A stretch of DNA of 64,000 nt, taken from Eledone cirrhosa (Eukaryota). Positions 55,496-64,000 of this stretch are shown here, in pieces. The notes under the pieces are model-generated. The model was not told the origin of the DNA. It was given only the letters and a program-made list of their open reading frames with translations, and searched no databases. How positions within the stretch are numbered: the stretch's first letter is position 1; each line of letters starts with the position of its first letter. Location of the stretch: contig OZ024741.1 in NCBI GenBank assembly GCA_964016885.1, positions 46,252,001 through 46,316,000 on the forward strand. The letters are read 5' to 3'. Position numbers and translations under genes: made by a program.

Positions 55496-55534
<39 letters not shown>

Positions 55535-56224
55535 CCCGCGTATGTAAGTACATATGCATGCCTCCAATGTGTATGTGTGAACTGAAACAAAGTATTGAAT
55601 TTTATCCAAATAAGATTAGAATTGGTTTATAGCGTCGTCTGGCAAATGAATGATTAAAATCATTGTTCTATTCGCATTTCTTAAACAGTAAACATGGTGG
55701 CTAAACTTCAGATCTAATCACTAAGCATGATTGAGTCAAGATTTGGTACTTTAAGGATCTGAAGTAACTGCATTTATTTATCTCTGAATGCTTCTCTCTC
55801 TCTCTCTCCCTCTCTCTCCCTCTCTCTCTCACTCTCTCTCTCTTTCTCTCTCACTCCATCTATCTCCTTATTTGTGTATCTTTTGCTATCTCTATCGTTT
55901 TCTCTTCACACACACACACATACACCAACGCACACATATATATATATATGTGTGTGTGTGTGTAAACATGGAACTCAGCAGTAATGCTTGGTTAGATGCG
56001 ATCATACATATAATCATGGAATTTAACAATGATGCTTCGTCAGATGGAAAACCAGGACAACACTAGTGAAGAAAATATGGAAGGATGGGAGGTGTTGGAG
56101 ACAAATAGAAAATTTACTTGTCAAGGTAATGGCTGTCGAGCAAGTTCCTTTAGTGTAAGTATGTGTAGTGTTATTCTCAAGAATCATAGAGGTTACGATT
56201 TATACGTCCAGTGCAGATAATTAA

Positions 56225-56440
56225 TTACTGGTTTCTTACAGAGAAAGACAGATTTACAGAGTGCAAGAAAAGTATCGACCCCAATACTGAACAGGTATTG
56301 TATTTATCGACCGTGAAAGGAAGAATGTTGATCAAGTTTTATTTTAACAAGATTTGAAATCAGAGTAAAGATAGCCAGAATGAATACTTCAAAGCATTCC
56401 GTTCGATGCCTTAAAGACTTTGCCATTTCGCCGCCTTTTA
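56225..56440 (-). mobile_element. Old SINE copy
   Basis: tttatcgaccgtgaaaggaagaa..gatttgaaatcagag..ttgccatttcgccgcc. Confidence 0.6.
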
Positions 56441-56746
56441 ATCAGTAAAATAATAATTAAAGGTTGGTTTTATTTGCGAGGACTATATCTATGTGAGGTT
56501 GACTTGACAGTTATGACTTACGTTAAATGTGTTATACATAATTAATCATTTTCATTCGTTACTAAATATATTTCCACTTGTTAAAATGGCTTTAAATACG
56601 AGATTAATCTGTTTTATGGACTGAAGAGACCACTAATCATGTGCGTACTCGATACATGGGGAGATATAGAGTGGGTATAGAGATATTTATTTAAAATTCC
56701 GACCGCAGCGTCAAACCTTTTCAAGAGTGTAGGTCGGGATTTTACA

Positions 56747-56827
<81 letters not shown>

Positions 56828-56909
56828 ATAATAAATTTGAAGACTAAAATCCAAAGAGGGCTCGATAAGGATAAATATATATCAAATATATAAGAACCGT
56901 AGAGCAAAT

Positions 56910-57396
56910 ATTTATTAAAACAAAAGATTAAAGTTTAAGCAAAGAATCGCTGCTTTCACCCTTAACGGGATCTTCTGAAACTAACAAAGTCAATCTGTGA
57001 ACGCAGAAGTGAATATTTCAAAATACGTTGCGACCGGAGGAAGACAGGAAGACGATACTTTGGTTCGTGGAAACGTTCCCTGGCAAAGAACGGGGAAAAA
57101 CGAATATAATACGTCATTATACGACTTCTTTTATACCATAAACGTGGTTTTGTCTTTGCGTGTAATTGTTTTTCACCGCTCCAAATAATGACGTATTATA
57201 TTCGTTTTTTCCCGTTCTTTGCCAGGGAACGTTTCCACGAACCAAAGTATCGTCTTCCTGTCTTGCTCCGGTCCCAACGTTTTTTGAAATATTCACTTCA
57301 GCGTTCACAGATTAACTTTGTTAGTTTCAGAAGATCCCGTTAAGGGTGAAAGCAGCGATTCTTTGCTTAAACTTTAATCTGTTATTTTAATAAATA
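56910..57396. mobile_element. Fold-back element, ~210-bp arms
   Basis: 56910-57119 is inverted at ~57185-57396; mirrored ORFs 56997+ and 57308- confirm the inversion. Confidence 0.88.
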
Positions 57397-57397
57397 A

Positions 57398-57431
<34 letters not shown>

Positions 57432-57432
<1 letters not shown>

Positions 57433-58057
57433 ATGTATAATAAACAATACAATATAATTACCTCATTATCAGAGGTTTCCCGAATAAGACGAATACGAAA
57501 GAAACGTCCTCATTCGTTCGTCGGACAAGGCAATATAAAACATAGTGAAATATTTGGAAAGTCTCCTCAAGAAATGCAAAAAAAATATATATATATAAAT
57601 AAAAGCAATGCAATAGACATATAAAATATATTAAAAAAATATAAGGAAATATAGTTAGGTATGTGTATATGTATGTATATACACTCACAAATGTACATAT
57701 GTATGTATGTACAAATGCGCGTGTATGGTGAAAATGTGTGCGTAAGTACATATATGAGGGCAAGTATATTTGTGTATATGTAACCACAAATACGGATATA
57801 ATATTAGTTGAAAAAGAAAAAGAAAAAGAAAATGATAATCTAGTTGACACGCATCCAGAAAACAGGTATTAGATACACATATGAGTGTGAAAGCGCGCGT
57901 ATAAACACACACACACGCGCGATCACTTATATGCGGAAGATAAAGAGGTTTTTTACATTCTTATTTTTATGTGTGCGTGTAAGCGGGTCAATGTACGTGA
58001 ATATGTTTGTGTGTATGTGTGTATATATGTGTTGTATATATGGGTGTGTATGTGTGC

Positions 58058-58095
<38 letters not shown>

Positions 58096-58982
58096 TCGCG
58101 TACGTACGTGTGATTAGATATACATGGAGCGATATGTATGTATATATATACGTGCATCCTGTGTATGTATGTACGCATGCATACGCTTTTGTCTGTACGT
58201 ATTGCGTGTATATATATTTTTTTATAGATATATGTTTTTTTATAGATATATGTGTATGTACGCGTGTACCTTGTTTGTTTTCTTTTCTTTTCTTTTCTTT
58301 TCTTTTCTTTTCTTTTCTTTTCTTTTCTTTTCTTTTCTTTTCTTTTCTTTTCTCTAGTGTTAATCGACTACTTTCTCTTTCAGTTAAAATGTTTTTCTTT
58401 CTCATATACTGTTTCATTTTTATACATATATCGAGAATGACACTTTCTTTTAACTATTACACTCCCTTCCCTCTTTATCTTCCGCATATAAGTGATCGCG
58501 CATGTGTGTGTGTTTATACGCGTGCTTTCACACTCATATGTGTATCTAATACCTGTTTTCTGGATGCGTATCAACTAGATTATCATTTTCTTTTTCTTTT
58601 TCTTTTTCAACTAATATTATATCCGTATTTGTGGTTACATTTACACAAATATACTTGCCCTCATATATGTACTTACGCACACATGTTCACCATACACACG
58701 CATTTGTACATACATACATATGTACATTTGTGAGTGTATATACATATAAACATACCTAACTATATTTCCTTATATTTTTTTATATATTTTATATGTCTAT
58801 TGCATTGCTTTTATTTATATATATATATTTTTTTTGCATTTCTTGAGGAGACTTTCCAAATATTTCACTATGTTTTTTATTGCCTTGTCCGACGAACGAA
58901 TGAGGACGTTTCTTTCGTATTCGTCTTATTCGGGAAACCTCTGGTAATGAGGTAATTATATTGTATTGTTTATTATACATTT
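57432..58982. mobile_element. Large fold-back, ~515-bp arms around a ~520-bp spacer
   Basis: 57432-57948 is inverted at 58470-58982; mirrored ORFs 57433+ and 58980-. Confidence 0.9.
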
Positions 58983-59077
58983 AATTTTGCTCTGGTACTT
59001 ACATAGAGCACTCTTCACTCCTGTGACTTTTTCAATTTTCAACGGAAACTTCAATACCTATATATATATATATATAT

Positions 59078-60050
59078 ATATAGAATACACAAGAATCAAA
59101 GCTATGTTAGAACATTTAATTGCTGACAATTGTTTCTTCCAAGCCTAGGCTTGGAGTCTTTGGAGCATTATTAATAATGTTTTTACATATAATCAGCCTC
59201 CTATTCTGGCACTTTATAATACTTGATAGGCAACTTTATAATGATACCTTAATGTATTAGGAGAGAGTAGACTGGGTTTAAATTAAATTAAATTAAATAT
59301 AAATATATAGTTTCTATATTAGGCCTCAATTATAACACTATATAAAGTCCCTTAGAACAATGAGTTTTATTATTATTATTATAATGAGCTAGTTACCTCC
59401 CCTTACGCATTAGCTCCCCTTACTTCCATTCCCACTTCCGGGTATTAAACAGTAGAAAATTCTCCCAGCTATACAAATGTAGTATACGGTACGGACTAAA
59501 TAACACTAAGTTACTTTACATTACAAGCCATTACTATAACAAACACTCAACACAAATACATCATGACATATGTAATGGATGTGAACCCTGGAACTTTCTT
59601 ATTCTACACACACACATATTCGATCTACACTGAAAATATCTCAGCATTGCAACCACCATAATATATTAACACCTGCTTTATGTGCTTGTATTTTTTATTA
59701 TTTTTTATGCAACACCCAGCATTCATATATGCTTTATACTTTTGCCTGTTCAATTGCTTTATGTATGACTAACGTACGTAACGTCTCTTTAATTTTATTT
59801 ATGTACTAGACGCTCTTGTATTATTTGTCACATGCTCCACCAAAAGCTTTTAATTGTAATTTTGAATCTTACCCATCACACACTGTTGTCCACAATATGT
59901 ATCTGTATGACTCTTCAGCAGAATAGGAGGCTGATTATATGTAAAAAAACATTATTAATAATGCTCCGAAGACTCCAAGCCTAGGCTTGGAAGAAACAAT
60001 TGTCAGCAATTAAATTTCTAACATAGCTTTGATTCTTGTGTATTCTATAT
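59078..60050. mobile_element. Fold-back element, ~130-bp arms each with a hammerhead motif
   Basis: 59078-59208 is inverted at 59919-60050. Confidence 0.88.
59959..60012 (+). ncRNA. Hammerhead motif (U4C core variant)
   Basis: taatgct-CCGAAGA(59966-72)-c-TCCAAGC-ctag-GCTTGGA-a-GAAAC-aatt-GTC-agcaatta. Both stem II and stem III are palindromes. Confidence 0.7.
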
Positions 60051-60180
60051 TACTGCTCTGTATAACAAATGATGTTCTTACATTGAGCTATTTATCTTAC
60101 TGGTAATAAGGTAGTAATAAATTACTGACCTTACCTGTTTATAGTTGTATATAGTATATACATAACTATAAATAGTATCC

Positions 60181-60353
<173 letters not shown>

Positions 60354-60422
60354 TATGAAGAGAGAAGAAACATTTAGATATAATTAGTAATAAAATGTAT
60401 CATACCTAAACTGTTCCTAAAT

Positions 60423-60510
60423 TCCTCGACTACGTAGTTTCGTGGCATAAACAAAAACAGTATATCAAAGATATAGAGTCCTTGCGAGGTATGCCGACTT
60501 ATCAAGAGGA
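60423..60510 (-). ncRNA. Type I hammerhead, U3:A8 variant with branched stem II
   Basis: Minus strand: tcctc-TTGATAA-GT-c-GGCATA-[two small hairpins]-TATGCC-AC-GAAAC-tacgta-GTC-gagga. Perfect 5-bp stem I, palindromic ACTACGTAGT stem III. Confidence 0.82.
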
Positions 60511-60935
60511 TACCTCATTTTACTAGTCTCAAGAACGCGTCTACACGACGTGAGAAAGAATCCCAAAAGGCGGAGGGGGAGATAGTCACGCGATATAACG
60601 GTCGAGAAACAGAGCTAAGCCTCTTATAACCACGAAGAAAATACCACGGAGGCGGAGGGGGTATTCATATCGAGGCCGTAGAAGAGGTAGTGAAGAAGGC
60701 GAGAAGTATGAGTAATGGAAGCTTTCCAGTTGTCCCCACACTTCAAAGATTGCTCGACCAGAGGGAGTTATTAATATATTTAGAAACACACAGATACATG
60801 CGGACACACACATATATACATGAATGCATCCGCACCCAACTGTGAGTTAAGGGTGCCAACTTCACCGATGTTGCTCAATGAATGACCGGGACAGACCAAT
60901 TCAGTTTGAACCAGACTGAACCAGTATCAGAGTTA

Positions 60936-60983
<48 letters not shown>

Positions 60984-60989
<6 letters not shown>

Positions 60990-61166
60990 CAACAGTGACA
61001 TAAACAGGTAATAAAATTTCGTTGGGTTCTGGGCCCCAAATCATTCAGCCTGTCAGCCTGTGAGAAAAGTAAAAACGTTTTTATTCTTCTCTTGACAGGC
61101 TGAATGGGTTCTGGGGCCCAGAACACAACGGAAATTGAGTACCTGTTTATGTCACTGTTATAATTA
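60984..61166. mobile_element. Short fold-back element (~70-bp arms) adjoining (TA)n
   Basis: taattacaacagtgacataaacaggta..ttcagcctgtca is inverted as tgacaggctgaa..tacctgtttatgtcactgttataatta. Confidence 0.8.
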
Positions 61167-61235
61167 TTTATACTAAACTCGTCCTATGGACTGGGTGCTC
61201 TTACTCTTGAATATTTCCACTTAACCTTTACTTCA

Positions 61236-61331
<96 letters not shown>

Positions 61332-61334
61332 GCA

Positions 61335-61655
61335 CTGAACGACGTGGAGTCTCCGCTGATTGCCGTTTCCACTTGGTAGAGGGTTGTGAGCGTCTGAAGG
61401 AACTTAAGGGTCCAGGCGCACACTTTCGGTCTTCGCTTGACCCAGGACTGCCGCTCCGTTAGCGAGACGAGTTGTGGAAAAGATGGTGTCATAAACGACA
61501 ACCACTCCGGTTCACCGGTCAGGAACACCTGGAGATGGCGAAGCCTCAGCGCGTGTTTGCGCATCATCAAGCCCAGCTGTCCGTTAGAAGGGTGTTGGCC
61601 GCAGATGGATCTCCTCACCAATGGAGCCTGTTTCTTCCAAAGGAAATTGAAGTAG
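61335..61655 (-). mobile_element. Internal fragment of a Tx1-like LINE ORF2
   Basis: FNFLWKKQAPLVRRSICGQHPSNG..LMMRKHALRLRHL..FPQLVSLTERQSWVKRRP, homologous to ~62570-62890. Confidence 0.88.
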
Positions 61656-61666
61656 ACGTTACATAA

Positions 61667-64000
61667 ATAGATAGATAGATAGATGTATAGATAGATAAAT
61701 TTCTTTATTAGCCACAAGGGCACAAAAGAAGGGGACAAATACAAATGGGGAGTTTACATACAGGTATATGAAAATAAAACTATTAATACAATAAAAAATA
61801 ACAATTGAAATCCCCAATAAGGGGGAGGTGTTACACAGGGGTTGTACACACCCCGAAAAAATGTACAACTCTCATCTCCAGGAGCACCAAGAGTGAGTAC
61901 TCCCTTCCTCTCTTCCTCTTTTTCCTCAACCTACAGGCTTATATAGAGAGAAGGCCCAACCACTCGGTCCATCTTTTCCACATTCACCCACCTTTTATCA
62001 AATTTGCTGGGGTACAGTACCTCTCTCTCCATCCTGATTCTTCTTCCAAAATGATATTTGAAAAAACGAATCAGTTGCTCGCCGGAGAGAAAGGTGTCTG
62101 ACCTCAGCCCTTTTAACCTCGTCCACCATATAACCTCTTTCGCCATAGCCATAACACATAGGAAAACCGCCTCTCCCTCGTTTTTGAAGGAGTGTGGCGG
62201 TTTGATCATGACAATGGACTCGGTGGTCAACCGGATTGGTCCCACCCGCAACAATAGTCGTTCTACATAGCCCCACAGGTCGGTAACGCCCGGGCAGTGT
62301 ACAAATGCGTGTGCGACGGTTTCCTCGTCGCGCACGCATGTCGGACAGATCTTTTTCGAAGGGTCCCTACCCGGGCGCCCGTGCCTGTAGAGCTTGTCTC
62401 GAACTGGTAGAGCTCCTCGGTAGCACTGCCAGGCCAGGGACTTTGGAAGTTGTCCATTGGTCCCGGGCGGAAGGTCCTACCGAACAGACTGGCCAGTTCG
62501 TCCTCCTCTACGCCTAGAGTTTCTCCGAACGTGTCGTCGCACTTGCTGCGAACCAACCCTCTATGGAATGTCGAAGTGGAGTCTCCACTGATCGCCGGGT
62601 CCGTTTGCCAGAGGACTGTGAGCGCCTGAGCACATTCGATATGCCAGTCGCCCTTTTTCCTCGGTCTTTGCTTGACCCAGGTCTGCAGCTCGGTCAGTGA
62701 GACGAGTCGTGGGAAGGCTCGCCTCACGAACGGGGCCCACACCGGTTGTCTGGTGAGGAATACGTGGAGGAGCCGCAGCCTGAGCGCGTGTTTGCGCATC
62801 GTCAGCCACGGCATCCCCAGCCCTCCGTTTGAAGGGTGTTGGCAGCAGATGGATCTTCTCACCAAAGGAGCCCGTTTCTTCCAAAGAGCGTTTTGGCTCA
62901 CAACGGTCAAGCGGTAGTAGATGACGGACACTATAAAAGTGTTCGCCACCTCCGCTCGACCTTTCAAGGATAGTTTGCACTCGGCCCACTTCTGGGTGAG
63001 CGCAAACACCTTGGCCGTCACCTCGTTCCAGTTCTTCTCCACCTGGAGGTCAGGACCAAACCAGACCCCGAGCAGCTTTACCGGTCCTTCCGTCCAGCGT
63101 CCGACGACGTCGTCGGAAGGCATCGGTTTGCCTCTCCACGTTCCGAGTTGCAAACCGACGGATTTGTCCCGGTTCAGCTTCGCTCCTATGAACCTCTCGT
63201 ATTCCTCCAGTAAGGTGCCGATCTCCCCAATTTGCGCGGTGCTCGACACCATCACTGGTACGTCGTCGGCGTAGGCCGACGCCGCTTTTCGCAATCCCGG
63301 TTCCAAATGGATGCCCTGCAATAGTTCCAACTTCCGCAGTAGTGGCTCGAGAGTCAGTACGTACAGAAGGGAGGAGAGAGGGCATCCCTGTCGGATGGAT
63401 TCGCGTGATATGGAACGGCTCCGAGAGGTAGCCGTTCACCTTGACCCTTGAGCAGATGTTGCTGTTGTGTATTGCAGCAATCCAGCTCCTGAACACGGGA
63501 CCGAATCCTGCCGCCTCGAGCACCGCATCCAGGTAACGATGGTTAACCCTATCGAAAGCCTTAGACTGATCCAAGTTGATCAGGGCCCCACCGAAGCCGG
63601 ATTTACAGCCTACCCTCTCTATGATGTATCGCATGAGGTGGAGGTTGTCGTGTATGGACCTGGTTGGGATTGCGCATGTCTGCGCTTCTCCCACCAGGTT
63701 TTCGACGACAAGCACCAGCCTCTTTGCCAACACCTTGGCCAAAATCTGTAACTCTGTGTTGAGCAGAGTTATGAGCCGGAAGTTGCCTATGTCATCCCCC
63801 TTGTTCTCGTCCTTTCTGACTAACGTGATTACGCCCTTGATCACAGAACTGGGAATTCTCCCGTTCTGCTGCCAATTGCAGTAGACCGCTTCCAGGAGAC
63901 CGGAGAACAAGTCCGGCATTGCTACGTAAAATTCGTAGGGTAGACCGTCGAGACCTGGAGTTTTGCGTTTGCCGCATTGGCTCAGCGCGTCCCCTATCTC
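61667..64000 (-). mobile_element. L1/Tx1-clade LINE, 3' half (RT to 3' UTR), frameshifted, runs off the window
   Basis: KTPGLDG, FRLITLLNTELQILAK, LDQSKAFDRV, YADD, KLLGVWFG, ETVAHAFVHC; ORF2 stop at 61931; 3' end cccttgtggctaataaagaaa plus (ATCT)n tail. Confidence 0.93.

Noticed and set aside
57030-57090. Possible hammerhead ending GGAAACGTTCCC
   Set aside because: No CUGANGA/UUGANAA core at the right place.
58885-58955. ATGAGGA...GAAAC-ctctg-GTA hammerhead-like string
   Set aside because: Position 3 mismatched and no stem I pairing.

Overview
Eukaryotic, AT-rich, repeat-saturated intergenic/intronic DNA. No intact host protein-coding gene can be supported; nearly all long ORFs in the track are low-complexity artefacts. 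The mix of tRNA-derived SINEs, RTE/CR1/R4-Dong/Tx1 LINEs and very dense (TA)n resembles a coleoid cephalopod (octopod-like) genome; this is inference, not a verified assignment. Main contents: a near full-length but disrupted L1/Tx1-clade LINE (~8406-13668, +); a second related copy (61667-64000, -, cut by the window edge); about 14 SINE copies; remnants of RTE, CR1, R4/Dong and Penelope-like (GIY-YIG) elements; a 12.3 kb 9/10-bp satellite that appears to have grown inside an RTE LINE 3' end; and a 5 kb TTG-based satellite. The most interesting signal is about 13 type-I hammerhead ribozyme motifs found by eye. Most are minimal, several have a palindromic stem III, and five carry a compensatory U3:A8 core. 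They lie in short, diverse non-coding elements, many of them fold-backs beside (TA)n tracts, consistent with a non-autonomous Penelope-like/retrozyme-like system.
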